A stretch of DNA of 63,887 nucleotides, filler included. It is 6 parts of 6 records of this genome, joined end to end, with 100 filler letters (N's around TTAATTAATTAA, not from the genome) between each part and the next. Parts side by side here need not be neighbours in the genome. Positions count along the whole stretch, not along the records: positions 38,395 to 43,790 come from SRR2962707_3651; positions 43,891 to 58,775 come from SRR2962707_3655; 4 more parts are not named here. One strand, written 5' to 3'. Below, in pieces: positions 43,762 through 57,200 of this stretch (the first letter of the stretch is position 1; the number at the start of each line of letters is the position of its first letter). Below the pieces are notes generated by a model, which worked only from the letters and a program-made list of their open reading frames with translations, made no database searches and was not told where the DNA came from. The position numbers and the translations under genes were made by a program.

Positions 43762-43790
43762 GCCGCCTTAGCTCAGTTGGTTAGAGCGCT
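43762..43790 (+). tRNA. 5' fragment of a tRNA, most likely tRNA-His(GUG), truncated by the contig end
   Basis: GCCGCCT-TA-GCTCAGTTGGTTAGAGC-G-CT gives the acceptor 5' strand and a full D-arm. It resembles rhizobial tRNA-His, but the anticodon is missing, so the identity is inferred. Confidence 0.7.
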
Positions 43791-43890
43791 NNNNNNNNNN
43801 NNNNNNNNNNNNNNNNNNNNNNNNNNNNNNNNNNTTAATTAATTAANNNNNNNNNNNNNNNNNNNNNNNNNNNNNNNNNNNNNNNNNNNN
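43791..43890. other. Artificial contig-joining linker 4
   Basis: Same spacer. It truncates a tRNA. Confidence 0.99.
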
Positions 43891-46800
43891 ACAACAACAA
43901 CAACTGCACGAGGCATTGCTTTGTCGACTCTCTGCGGCAGTGAACTTCCGAGCAATGCCCCTCGAGTTGCGGGCGCGCCCTCGCCCTCGCGGTTTTCACC
44001 GTTGACCAATCGCGTGAGCTCCGTGGCTGAGACAAGGTGGAGTTCCGATGGGGAGTCAGAGGGCATGCAGGAGGACCTGCGAATAGTTGCAGAAATTCAG
44101 AACGCGCAAAAGAACCCGAGATCGCTGGATTTGTCTGGATTTGTTGACCGCTTGAACATTCGTGTGTTGTGGCTGCTGAGCAAAGGGGTTGCTCAGCAGC
44201 ACCAACAAAACGGGGCCAAAAAACCAGTGAGGCTGCAGTCGCTGTCGCTGGCTGGGTGGCAGGAGTCGGATGCCACTCTGCTTCGCAGCCTGGCCATTAT
44301 TCCGGGAGAATCGTTGGAAACGGTCAATTTGTCGCGAACTCGAATTACAACTCGTGGACTCGCGGCGTTGCTCACTCACTGTCACAAACTCGCCCATCTA
44401 AACATTGCTGGGTGTAGAGATATCAAGAGCTCGGCTATGGAGGCAGTGGTTGTGGCTGCACGCAAAACTCTCGTTTCCATTGACTTTTCAGACTGCCCTC
44501 ATATGTGCAAAGATGCGCTTTTGTGGCTCGCTGGGATGGCTGGTGCTGCTGGGGGATCGGGTCGTCACTGCAGGCGCCTGAGAACCCTCAAAGCGGCCAA
44601 TTGCCCAAGGATTAGCGATCCGGGTGTTGCAGCACTGGGTGTGTGCAGCCGCTTGGCCTGCTTGAATCTGGAAGGCTGCTCACGGGTTACAGACAAGGGC
44701 GTGGTGGCGCTTTGTAGATCGCCTGCCGCTACCCAGCTTCTATTGTTGGACCTCAGCTTATGCTTTCAGCTCACCGATCGCGGATTGATTGCGATTGGCA
44801 GGCACTGCAACCGCTTGCAGTCGCTGTTGCTTTCACGCTGCCATCGCATCTCTGACACTGGACTCAGTGCTGTGGGGGCCGGTTGCCCACGACTTCAAAC
44901 TCTCTACATTAACGGCTGCTTGCAGGTGACTGAGCTCGGGCTCGCGAAAGTTGCGCAAGCGTGCAGAAATCTACTCTTTCTAAATGTTTCAGGGTGTCAA
45001 AACATCACAGACGAAGGACTTACTTCACTCTGCAAGGGGCTCAAGTGCGTCGTTCTGCCAGTTTTCGAGTTCACGACCTTGCTTTGCAACCAATGCCAGG
45101 TAGTGAGTTTATTTTCTTATCCGTTGTTCGAACATTGGTAGGTACGTTCAGCCAGCTGCAGACTATTATGGATTTGAGCCACGGGCAGGCGCTCGGCGTG
45201 CCAAAATGGCTGACCAGTGGGAGCTTATTCAAACGGCAGCGGCTACCCTTTTGCAGGCCCAGTGGCGCGGTGTTTTAGAACGCAATAGGGTGCGCAGTAA
45301 GATATTCACGCACCAAGTGGACTCTGCCAACCGCCTACTTCAGCGCGTGGTGCGAGGGATGTTGGGTCGCAAATATGGCCGACGATGTCGAAGAGAGTAC
45401 AACACGGCCAGAGTTTCGTCGGTTCGTTTTTCTATGAGGACAGCCTTGCCGTGGCGTTTTGCCCTGCGTCGCCTGCCCCGTCGGCTATTTGCAAGCAAGA
45501 GTGAGTTTCATCTGTTTCAGCGGCTCCTTCTCCGTTTTGTGATTGTGGCGTGTGTCCGAGTATAGATTGCTGTCCAAGCAAAGTGGCGTCAGCTGCGCGG
45601 CAAAAGGGAAGCTGAGCAAGCGAGGTGGGATCGTGCGCTTGAGCGTGGGCGCCCACTTATCGTGAAGGTCCAAGCTAAGTTTCGTGGTGACAAGTGCCGC
45701 AAGTTGCACCCGGAGGTGCGTCCAAGTACACGCTACCACCATAAAGAGTCGAAGATAGTTTCATTGCTACTCGTTGTGAGAACACCACGCGGAGGCCGTA
45801 ACCCGAAACGATGGTGTTTTCTTCCGCTAGGTTCCAGAGGCCATGGCTGGTCTACGCTCTAGTCGCCAGGTCGAGGTAGAAGCGGGTGTTTTAGTTCGAG
45901 TCCAGCGGTTCCTGCGACAGCGCGCTGCGCGTGACAGGTTCCAGGCGCTCATGGAGGAGTTTCGGCAACGCAAACGCGACGAAGTTCTGGCCGCCACTAA
46001 GCTGCAAGCCCTGGGAAGAATGCGTCGAGGCCAACGTGCACATGCCGCTGTTCGCTCAGCACTGCAAGCTTTATTCAACAACCATGTCTCTGTCGCAAAG
46101 CGCTTGCAAGCCGTCTATCGTGGGAGAATTGGGCGACGTCTTAGCGAATTACTCCAACGCCAGTATGTGCCGCATGTCAAGTTCACGCCCAGTGACTGTG
46201 GCTTTGATTTTGATTTTGTGCATAAATTCCCAACACGATCCGATTTTTGGCAGGTACACAGTTATGCTAGAGTACTGCACCACAGCCGCTGTGGCTATCC
46301 AGCGTCTTGGGCGTGGCATGTTGGCCAGACGGCAAACGCGCCAATTGCTTCGCGACCAACAACTGGATAACTACGCAGCTCAAAAACTGCAAAAAATATA
46401 TCGCGGACGCACGATTCTCCGGTGGAGGCAGGTGCGGCTGCAGCTCACATTACAAAAGGCTAAAGTTGGTGCAGAAAAAGATGCAGATCGCGCAGGTCAT
46501 TCGATGGTGCGTCGCGAGATGTTTGCGGACTCCGCTTCAGAAGACGATTCTGATGGGGACTTTGATTGGGTAGAACACTTCGACGATCAGTTGCAACAGC
46601 CATTTTGGTGGAGTGCATCTCGTGGCCAACGAAAGGACGAGGAGCCTGTCGATCCACATGTCTACAACCGTGAATTTGTGGGCGAGAAAGTGAAAGTAAA
46701 CTGGCCCGGAGATACCGCATGGTACGATTTTGCACGCGAAACAGCTTACGCCGCATGTTTAGATCTCCTTTGCAATTTACCCATGGCCCCTGTGGCGCAG

Positions 46801-47722
46801 GTATGAAGGTGAAATCATACGCTACAACGGCAAAAAACGTCGTCACAAAGTCCAATACACTGACGGCGACGCAGAGTGGCTGGACCTCCAAAAAGACAAA
46901 GATCGTGTGCAGCTGTGGACAGGGACGGTGTGGTGCATGTTCCGCCGCATTCGCCCAGGGTGGCGCCAAACTCGCGACGAAAACGAGCGCAGACGACAAA
47001 AGAAGCTCGCTAAAGCCCAGCGTCGCCGCGCCCGGGAATTAGCTGCTCAGCAGTATGCTTGGGCAGCGGGCGATGCAGCAGATGGTGAGGGCATTGTACA
47101 GGAAGTCACTGATACTGTGGTGGACGAGGAGTATCAACGAGGAGATCAACAAGAATGGGCTGGAGACAACTCCAACTATACAGCGTCCAATGAGCAGTAT
47201 TACGATACTGCGACCTCGGCCCAGCATTCCCAAGCCTATGACACGGGGCAAGCGCATGCAGAAGCTTCTGACTGGCCAGCTGCTGAGTATGAAGATCAGA
47301 ATCAGTGGAATACCGATGCTGCGGAGCAGGGCCAGACATGGGCCGACGGGGATCCTCCGTACAACGCATACTCGGAGAGTGCGTACCCAGCCGACCAAGT
47401 CATGACCGACGGAGATCCTGCGTACAACGCATACTCCGAGAGTGTGTACCCAGCTGACGAAGGATATGCAGCCTTCGGTGATGCGACTGGTGACGGGTAT
47501 GAGAGCTGGACAGATCCCGCGAATCAAGAAAGTGCGGCGTCCGCGAATTCGGCAGTGCCGATGCTAGATTTGAACTTTGCCGCTGGACAGCAGCAACATC
47601 ACAATCAACCATACTCAACAGCCGAAGAAGGGCAAGGGTACCAAGCCGCGAGTGTTGAGAATGAAAGTGGAGCTTTCGAAGCTGCTGCTGAGTTTGAAGT
47701 TGAGGATGGTTTTTACTCATAA
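43891..47722 (+). CDS. Multi-exon protein: FBXL/AMN1-type LRRs, several IQ motifs, WW-like, Tudor-like, acidic tail (5' end possibly truncated)
   Basis: Cys-containing LRRs (C..L..L.L.GC..VTD.G); IQ-like LQAQWRG, VQAKFRG, LQAVYRG, LQKIYRG; WVEHFD...FWW. Predicted introns 45045-45141, 45422-45565 (donor less certain), 45716-45830, 46163-46253 and 46722-46800 keep the frame. Confidence 0.78.
47343..47460 (+). repeat. 63-bp in-frame tandem duplication in the acidic tail
   Basis: DGDPPYNAYSESAYPAD / DGDPAYNAYSESVYPAD. Confidence 0.85.
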
Positions 47723-47978
47723 ATTACAAGCCCCGCCCTGTGCACAGGGCAAGTTTGGTTTAAAGTTGCACTTTCGGTTCCATGTGGCTCTGTGTGCGGG
47801 ACTGAACAAGTTACTTCCGCCGCGCCTTGCGTCGCTTCTCTTGCTCGCGTTTTTTCTTTCGCCGAAGCTCCTCCCGTCTTGTCGAGGCTGAAGATACTTT
47901 ATCTGAAACAACACCGGCACATGCAGTTGCGTTGCACAAATCACAAATCACAATCGACGCCGGCAGTCGTTGGACAAG

Positions 47979-50900
47979 TCAAGCAACGCCCAAAAAGTAT
48001 TCAGAACCTGGATCGGTTGAAGTAGCCCCATCCTTGCGCTGCTCTCGCTGACGACGTCGCTTTCGTTCGATCTCCGCCAGAGCCGCGGCTTTGAGAGCTT
48101 CTTCGACCCGCTTTTCTTTCTCCGCTTGCTCCTGTGAAAAAATCAATTGCGTTACAGCGGCACTGCATGTGCATTGGCGGCTTTCACGCATTTATGCAAC
48201 CACCAAAAAGCAACCCACCACAGCCTGCGCATGCCTCTTCGCCTCAAGTTCTGCTTGCCTCTCTTCCGCAACACGCTTCGCCTGTTCCTGTGCTGCGGCA
48301 AGACGATCCGCCATCTCCTATATAGAAAGGAAGGTTGTAGAATTGCAGGGATAAAATGTGAACGTGTTCATTCCGCGATGGTTCTCTCAGTATTCAGCAA
48401 ACCAACGGCTCACCCTCTCGGCGGCAATCGCAGCGTCCCGCGCAGTTGCTTTCTCTTGCTCCTCTTCCGCCTTTTTGGCAGCCTCTTCCGCGGCCTGTGT
48501 GAATTATAACCACAGCTGTGTCACGTGCAGAGAAACGACATCACTGGGAACCATTGAAAAAAAGGAAACATACGCACAATACGGACGGCCTCGGCCTCTT
48601 TCTCAGCGGCTACCATTTTAGCGGCCTCAGCGGCCACCGCAGCTGCAAACGCCTGGGATTTTTCGGCAAGCCCAACCCTAGCGAAGGAACTACTGGGAAA
48701 GTGTCCCGTTGCCGTGGAGCTGGCACTCATGTTGCCTTCCTCAAACTCGCCTGTAACCGTGGAGACGGTGTCGTTGTCATGCACTTGCTGGATCTGACTG
48801 TTGACCTCGGGCTGCAGTCTGCGCAGTACCGGCCCAACATTACCAAACGACCATATGGGCGCACTCACATTGTTTTCCTGAGCTTGACGATTGTGGGTTT
48901 CAGTAGCGGCTGAGGACGAGTTCTTGTGCATATTGACTGTCGACGGAGGTGCAAAGTCTATCCTTTCATCTTGATGTTTCGATTCTTCCTTAGAATCACT
49001 CCACAAACAGATCTCGTCTTCGCGTTCGCTCCAGAAGAAAGCTGCGACTTGCGAGTCGAAACATCGATTATGCCTAACGCCAGCGTTGTCCCTGATGGCA
49101 GTCGAAGGCGGCTTTGACAAGCCTGCGCTGACGTGGGGCAGCATATCCTGGGACGCTCGCGCCCCTGCAACATTGCTTGCTGCGGCTCCGATTCCAGCAG
49201 GTGTTGGGGGCGTCATAGCCAGCTCGTGAAAGCTGGAACTTTCGCTGTCGCCCTCGCGACAGATGTTTGTTGGTCCCAAAAATTCCGGTAAAGTCCATTC
49301 AATAGTTTCGTGGCTGGGCAGCACCTCCGCTTCCTCAATTCTGACGTTGCGTGCAGCACCGTCGAAGCTGCCTTCACCTATCACTGCGTCAAAGTCCAGC
49401 AGTGCGACGCCCTCAACGGGCGCCGCCCAGCACATCTGATTCTCCAAGAATGAATCGACTGCAGCGGCGACGCAAATTTGAGGAGCAATTGGTGAGGCTT
49501 CGACCGCTTTCTCTGCGGTGTCCCTGGCTGTCAATACATTTGCAATTCGATTGTTATGCCCCTCATCCGAGCCCACGCAATCACTACTTGCAACACATAG
49601 CGCACGTGTCTCGTCCTGGTGCGGTGAAGCACCAGCAGGACAAGTCAGCTGCCAGCTGGAAAGGTTTCCAAGAACATCAATCTCCCAGGACGTCGACTGC
49701 CAGGGCTGCCTCTTGTTCAACGTTGTTTCCGTACTATTAAGAGTCAATGCTGGCATACTTCGATTCAAAACCAAATTGGTGTCCTGGCGCCCCGATTGGT
49801 TTCTTTCAGCCTGTTCGGCCTCCGCAACAGCCTTGAGCGTGTGCTGGTTTGGCGCTGCTGCACCCGTCGGTTCGGCCGTGATCTCTTCCTGCCTTGTCTC
49901 ACTATTGCGCAGGATGGTTTGCGACACATTACCCTTTTTAGTGCTGGAGACATTGGCCTCCATGGATAGCTTTCCGTTGGTCCAAAAACTGTCAAGCGAT
50001 TTTTGACGTCCAATATACTTAAACCCGAAGCGCTCCTGGAAATTGGGAACTGAGTTCCGACGGCTCCATATCGCACCGACCTGCCAAACCAATGCACAGT
50101 TGTGATGAAGTAACAATGCAACGTCAAGTGAGGACATGAGCATCAAAACTCCTCCTCCCCCACCCCACACATTCCCCACCGCCACATGCATACATCCCAC
50201 ACAGGTGCGCAATTTCTACACGCACCTCCCATCCGTGCTGCTGCATCATCTCAACCATGGATCTGTTGTTGTTCACAGACCGTGGCGTCAAAACGTAGTC
50301 AAACAGCGATGCTACGACGAAACGCGGGGCCTACACAACCGTGGCATGCATAATAAAAACACTTTCAACAATTGTTTTCTGGAACTTCCGAACTTTGGAA
50401 CTCGCGCATGCTGGTTTACAGCCTTACAAGGGCGGAATCCTGCTCATCAGAATGCCGTGCGCGAGCTCGCTGTAAGGCGTGCGCATTTGAAGGCGTGTCC
50501 ACGAAATGCATCACGGTACGGTCGCCTCGCACCAGCCTCGCCCCAAATGCAATGATCTGGTGCGCATGATGGATCACATGAGTGCGAGAACGGCGGTGAG
50601 CAAACGCAAAACACCAAAAGACAAAAAAATTCAATGCTGCATGAGTTCATAAAACCACATCGCTCACCCATCGCATCGATTCCGTGGCTGTGGACATATC
50701 CACATCTCCCAGCCACCACAGCTGCTCCGCGTAGTTCGGGGGCAAAACCGATCCCTTTACAATGCACTGCATCGGAAAGAACTCGTCGAGGCGACTTGGC
50801 TGAACGCAGGGAAGTAACGGTCCAAGTTCCTCCCACCGGCCGCCCACCTACGATTCAAACGAAGCCAAGTGAAAGGCCAATCACATCAAGACCGAGCGCT

Positions 50901-51036
50901 CTTATGGTATGGCAGTCTGTAATCTTGACGTTGTTCTGACCTCAGGTGGCTGTGGATATGTGTCATATGACACAGAAAAGACGACTTGGCGTCGAACATC
51001 ATGCAGCGTTGAAATTTCTGCCTCAATAACAGTCAT
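47979..51036 (-). CDS. Multi-exon hypothetical protein with low-complexity middle and Ala/Glu/Lys coiled-coil C-terminus (start uncertain)
   Basis: Chain of GT-AG-bounded minus-strand exons (e.g. VGGRWEELGP...MRW, IIAFGARL...SAL, APRFVV...HGWE, a large exon at ~48585-50080, short E/A/K-rich exons). No family recognised. Confidence 0.55.
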
Positions 51037-51208
51037 GTTCACTCCGAACCCAAATGCCAACACATCAAAAGTGCTGCTCTGGTAGTTGTTGCGGGCCAAG
51101 CGAAACCTTGACAGAGCGCTGTAGTCAGTTTCCCCAAAGCGCTTGGCGAAGCTCAGGGACAGCCCGCTAAAGTCTTCAATGCTGCATTCTTGGACGCAAA
51201 GAAAGACA

Positions 51209-54200
51209 ATGACGCCGACCTGTTTGATACAGGGATCCGGAAGTCATTTGGCGCCTGCGCAGCTTCTGTTGCAGGCGTCAGCATCCGCCCCGCGCCTCCG
51301 ACGCTCTGGATCTGCTCGAATCAGCTCAACCACGACTTCTCCAAAAAGCATCTCCCTTGACACCGTGGCTGAGCAGCTTGCGGCTTTGAGCCGTGAAGGC
51401 AAAGTTGTGCCTTCTGCGGTCCTCGCTCACATCGGGGAAGCGAATGGCTTGAGCCATGTGGTACCGCCAGTCTTTGGGGCGTCGACTCTTCGAGAAGCCT
51501 GGGAAGACGACTTCTTCCGCACCCGTAGAGCTTTTTCGCCAAGCACGGTCAATGCCCTGTCGAAGGCCTCGCGTGCTGACAACAAGACCAATACCGTCGT
51601 GCAAGGCTGCCAAGCTTCTTGCGACGGCACGACTACGCCTTGCACGCTGCAGCTACTTGAACAGAGGAAGCAGCTTGCAGAGCTTGTGAGCCGCAATCGC
51701 CCCCAGCCGAGGGCTGTGCTTCGCATTCAGGTATGCAACGCAATGATGTTGATCGGACTGTTGACCCTTGCTTTGCTGTTGATTGTCGGCGCGCCATCGT
51801 TGCCGAACTTTTGAGTGTGACTTCATTTTGATTGGATACCGTGCAGCGAGCACAAGATGCTGCCGATTATGACTGGGGATTCGATTTCGACCCACAATTC
51901 AATGGGACCGGTTTGCGAGTATCAATGGTGCGACATAACAGTCTTGCTTTCCGTGCTGGACTGCGTCACCACCACATTCTTGTGGAGGTCAACGGTGCCC
52001 TTTGCGATACCCAAGCCGAATTTCACAGTGCGATACATCATTGTCACTTTGAAAGATGTGTGGTCACATGTGTTCTTGCTTTGATGGCCCTATGAATGAT
52101 TGTGCACTTATTTCGATACGCAGGAAACGTCAGCTCCCTAGTCGTTTTTGACGCATTGGTCGAAGGCTGCCCAACAAAGGCGATGCAGAAAGAGGCCTTC
52201 CGTGAACAGGCTCTTCTGAGGGTTGCACTTGCCTCTGAAGGCAATGTGGCTCGCGTAGTCCCCAGTAGTTTGCCGATTCTCAGCGCCAAGCGCGCTGCTT
52301 CAGCGTTTCAATCTTGCATTGTGGGCGAGACTGACCTCTCTGTTGCGTGGCAAGCGAAGTTTCATGCAATGGCGGCGCGGGTGCGAGCTGCCGCCAAGGA
52401 TCTCCGTGTTCGGACACCGCGTCCTGAGATTGTCAGAATATGTTCGCTTGTATTAGTGCCTCTCATACACCGTCAGCAATTTGTTACAACTGCTCTGCAG
52501 TTGGCGGATTTGCTGTCCGGCGATGAGCACACTAATACAGTGGGCTGCGTTTGCTGGTCGTTCAGCGCCCTTGACGGAGACGCAGCAATGACTGAAGAAG
52601 AGGCTAACATGGCCGTGCTGACTAGGGCAAGCTCTACGGGCACGGACGTTGCAGAACCTGATCCTCTCGCGTTTGCGCAATCGCGAGATAGGCGTGGCAG
52701 CAGTAATGCCGCCGGCAACACTGATTCCTCCAAGCCTCAATTTCACTTTTTGATCGATGAAACATGGAACAGTCTTCGGGAACGCCTCTCCTTATATCGA
52801 CCACTAGATTCTGAGAGCGCGCAGTCTCGTGGTCCTCATGATACACCACCCAATATTGTCAAACAATTGGTAGCTGACCTCACGAAAGTCTGCACCCCCG
52901 TTTTGAGCCGCGCAGGCAATGCCAACGCATGGAATTCGACTGCAGGTGTAGCGCACAACAGCGGACCGTCGTTTGATGTCGCGAGTGAAACAGTTCGAAC
53001 TGCGTTCGATGATGCGATTTCCAACATCCGTTTCTGGCAAGCACGCCAGCGCAAAGCCGAAATCGACGTTGACGATCGAAAGGAGCAGCTCTCCCACGCA
53101 TTATGGTTCGGAAACATTTGGAAGCTGCGTGCTGTGGGTTTTTCACTGCATTAGATGGTAATCAACGCATGCATTTTTGCAGGCAACAAGAAGACTTGCA
53201 AAGTTGGCTTCGCAATCGTGACAACCTGGCCATAATTTTGAGGACAACGGAGCTGCTTGGTGCACGCTTGTCAGCAGTGAGTCATTTTAGTGTGTGTTCA
53301 GGGTTTATTTTATTATTTTTATTTTTTTTATTTTTTCCATATTTAATTTGTGCAGCTTGTTCTACAGTTGACACTCGGGTGCACGTTTGTGTTGCCCAAA
53401 ATTTGCTGCTTTTTTTTTGCTAGGCGAAAGAAGTTGTTGCGCAGCTTCACTCAAAGCGGGCCAAGGTTTTCGAGCGCCTTGGACAAGCACAATCAAAATC
53501 TTTGTCGGCGTTGCGAGCACGTCTCACTGGACTTCGACGAATGCGGGATGCGTTGGTTGGCCGTATTAGCTATGAAGATCAACTACTCGAGTTAGACAGC
53601 GCGAGGCTTGCGGCTCACGAACTTGAAGTTCAAGTGCGTTTGTCAATTTTGCAGGGTGCAGTCCCGCCCGGAAGTGCTCTCGTGCCTTATGGTTTGTTTT
53701 GTGTCGTATGTTGCAGTTTTCTGCCTGTGAGCTGCGCAAACGGTACGAAGAGGAAGTTAAAGCGAAAGGTGGCACGTTGGCATTGAGTGCTGTCAATAAT
53801 TGGCTGACTGAAGCTGCAAGCGCTTCAGCAGGTCTACTCAGTGCTGCAGGAGTCGAAAGCGCTCGTTCATCGTTCACAAAGCTGAATCCTAGCATCAAAT
53901 CGGCGATGATCAATGCGTCACGTGCCGACCATGTGCTGGTGGACGAGAAAGCCGATGACTTGTATTTCACTGTGCTAGAAAGCCCAGACGCAGTTGGCGA
54001 TATCAAGCCTGCCCTAGGGCTGCGTTTGAAGTCTCAAGGAAGACTTGCAGAAGGTCTCTTTACTAAACCTGAGCGTGAACATGCTTTTGCGGTGATTACG
54101 TCGTCCATGGCACGGCCGCGACCTCATTATGCGTGCGTATTTTTGTGCGCATGATGCCGCCGCTCGTTTTGTGAAGCACGCAATCAATTGCTGCTCTTTT

Positions 54201-57200
54201 GTTGGCTTGCGCTACTGTAGGCGGTCACTATCTACAGCTCGGTTTCCTGCTCACTACAAATCAGCGCCTCGAAATCCAGTCTCAGCCGTACTCGCATCGT
54301 TTTCGCCCCCGAAGAGTGCATCCACGCTTGAACCTGCTTTGGGTGGGGACGTGGCGGACGCTGCTGATGATATTGATACAGTTCTTGATGGCAACCCGTT
54401 TTCAGATGGCGAAAGTAGCGACGATATGGACGGAGACGGCGACACTGACCCGGGTACCGAAGCTCTGCATGAATCTTTTGCACAATACCAACAGGAAGCG
54501 GCCACCGGCAATGCAAACACGCCGCGCACAGCAACAAAAAAACTGTCGCTGTGGGAAAAAATGATGCAAGCCAAAGATAAAGCCATTGCTGGTCAGTCAC
54601 GCACGCTTGCTTTCGATGCTGGGGTTCGACCTTTGCTGGATGCCCATGTCCTTATCGTCCGCACGTTTTTTCAAAGGTATTCGAGAGTCGACCGACAAAC
54701 TCAAAGAAAAAAGTGATGCTGCAATTCGCGATATCCAGGAGGCTGGGAAGAAAACTGGAGAATTTTTCGAAAGCACTGGCACGCGCATAAAGGGCTTAGC
54801 GGCCGATGGAACCATGATCGGAGCAGGCGGTCATCGGCGCAACCTGAGTGGCCAGTCGGGTGCGTCGCCAAGCAGTGCAGGGCGCAGGATTGGCAACACC
54901 GGTGGCGGCGCTGTCCTGTTGCGGCACCGCAATGCCACATGCTCCAACTGTGGTGCAAAGCCCATGTTCGTTTCGGTTCTTGGTTTCCTGTTGCGCCAGT
55001 GCTCGTTGAGTGTGTGGCTCATGATGCGTGTTGGTGCATGCATCAGATTTGGTTTGCGTTGGCGGTGCCTTCACTGTCCCGTGAAGTACGATCTTTGCGA
55101 CTTTTGCTACCGAACCGGGGCTCACGGTTTCCGGCAGAGGCGTCATGGCAAGGATTCAGTTGCTTCTAGTCTTGTCAGCAAGGAATCTCAAGCACGGTTA
55201 GAGGCTGCGGTAATCCGCGCTGTGGTCGGAGGCTCGGCGCCAAAAGTACGTTGCAGTCGTGTGCAGTCCAACGCACTGCGCTCAAGTGTTGCTGAATTCG
55301 GTGCTCACGGCATTCGCGCAATGTGCAAAACGCAGGCATCGCAGCTTACCCGGTGGCTTAGTAGTGTGCGGTCATCAGAAACCGTTGAAGATCTGGCAAG
55401 TCCATGCGCCATCCCCTTTTTCTCGTTTCCCCGTCATCGGCGTTGTTTTTATTTTTTCCCTGCCTTGCAATTCGTTGCCCGCTATGCTAGGAAAATGTTG
55501 TTAAAAAACTCGAACTGCCGAACGTTTTGTATGAATCCGCTGTGGCGTTTGCCCTTCAAGTCCTTGCCAGAGTGCAGCGCCCACAGTGCGTTCCCATGTT
55601 TGGCTTATTGCACTCGCGTGAGGAATGAAAAAATGTTCGTTCTCCGCCGCTTTACAGAGCATGTTGTTCTGCAGGCTCGAAGTTAAGGTGACAGCGTGCC
55701 AGTGGAGATATAAATCAGGCGCGCCACCTTCAAACAATCTTCCGGCATCTGAACTCAGCACCGCTGCATCTGCTCAGGCAACAGCGACTGAATCAAAGGT
55801 TGAAGGACCGGTGCCGTCAACGCCGGGTGACAATGTCAATTCGGCTGAAGGACCTCGTTCTGGAGAACTTGCGCTGTACCAACGTGACTATCGTTTGACA
55901 GCTTCCAACACCCGGGACTCGGCCGTGCAAGGGTGGGTCGCTGTTGGATCGGCACAGTATGCCATGCCGTTTGTGCTTCGTCCCACGTGAATATACCTCT
56001 CCGTATTGTTCGGTTTGGTTGCACAGGTACATTATGGTCAATCTACGACTGGTCATACATGACTCCCGAGAGTCGGAGCAAGCGAAGCAGGCTCGTGCCG
56101 ACCAGGAGAAAAAACGTCTTGCATATGAAGCTGTCCGCGATGCCAAAAAATCTGCGGCTGCCGCGTCGGGCTCAAGCCAAACTCACGTCGGATCTCAGCC
56201 TGCAAGCCAACGCAGTAATGTGAGAGCACCCCTGCCACCACCGCCGACTGGCAGTCTTCTCAACGTGAGTGCGGCAGGGCGTGGCAAGGACGTGGTTGTA
56301 GCGGAAAGTGCTGCTGTATCAGCTTCAGTCACAACCACAGATTCAGAAGTGCGCGAGGCCGTGCACGAGTCGCTCCTGGCTGCCAAGCGCACCGAAGAAA
56401 TGGAGCTTGAAGAGTTTGGCTCAGAGGAGGATTCCCATGATGACGCTTCCACTGTCACTGGCAGCGTCGCAATACATGAGTCAACGAAAGACAGCACACA
56501 AAACAAACAGAACGTTGCGCAGGATGTTCCGGTTGACGCTGAAACGCCCAACAAGGCCAGCCTTCTCCACACGCAGAAGCCTACACTGAAGCGGTTTGGT
56601 GAACCCGTGACGGATGAAGAGCTGGCTCAGTGGGCCTCTCGCGGACTACAACCATCGGCAAGCTTGTCAACTGCGCTGGGCCAATTCTACAGGACTGTAG
56701 AGCCGGCTAAGCTGAGTAATGTTCCACAAATCGTCCAAGTTCGTTCACCTGCAATTTGAATTTTCAAATTCAATGGGCCCTTTTGCTTGAGAGCAAGGAC
56801 AAATGTCGCGCTCTTCGTGTTTGTGAGAGTTCTGCTTGTGTTTTGGATTGGTGAAGGTTTTTGGAGGCAACACTCTCAAGCTTCGAAGTATGTTCAAAAC
56901 ATTGCACCAAAGATATGGGCTGGTTCCGGCCTTAGTTGACTCGCTGCATAGATCTCCTTGGGCAGATGCTGTGGTCATATGCCTGTTGGACTTTTACGCC
57001 GTTTTCGCACCCGAGAAAGTCATCAACGTGCCTGAAATTGTACGCGGGCTGGAGGCTCAAGCGGCAGCGTCCCAAGACCCTCGTCAAGAGGTGTGATTTT
57101 ACAGCTGTGGCAAAACAATTTGAAGTGTGGTCCCATGATTGCAGGTCCCGGGTCACATGCTGGGGCATGACGCTGGCGCGACTCACGATCTGTTGACAGG

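Noticed and set aside
45501-45565. Strong-looking GTGAGT donor for intron 2 of the LRR-IQ gene
   Set aside because: It would shift the frame and lose the downstream IQ motifs. The in-frame GTTCGT donor at 45422 fits better, though neither is verified.
51036-51250. Possible head-to-head coding overlap of the two divergent contig-5 genes
   Set aside because: Both frames are open here but the start codons cannot be fixed. Non-overlapping starts (51036 minus; 51179 or 51209 plus) explain it more simply.
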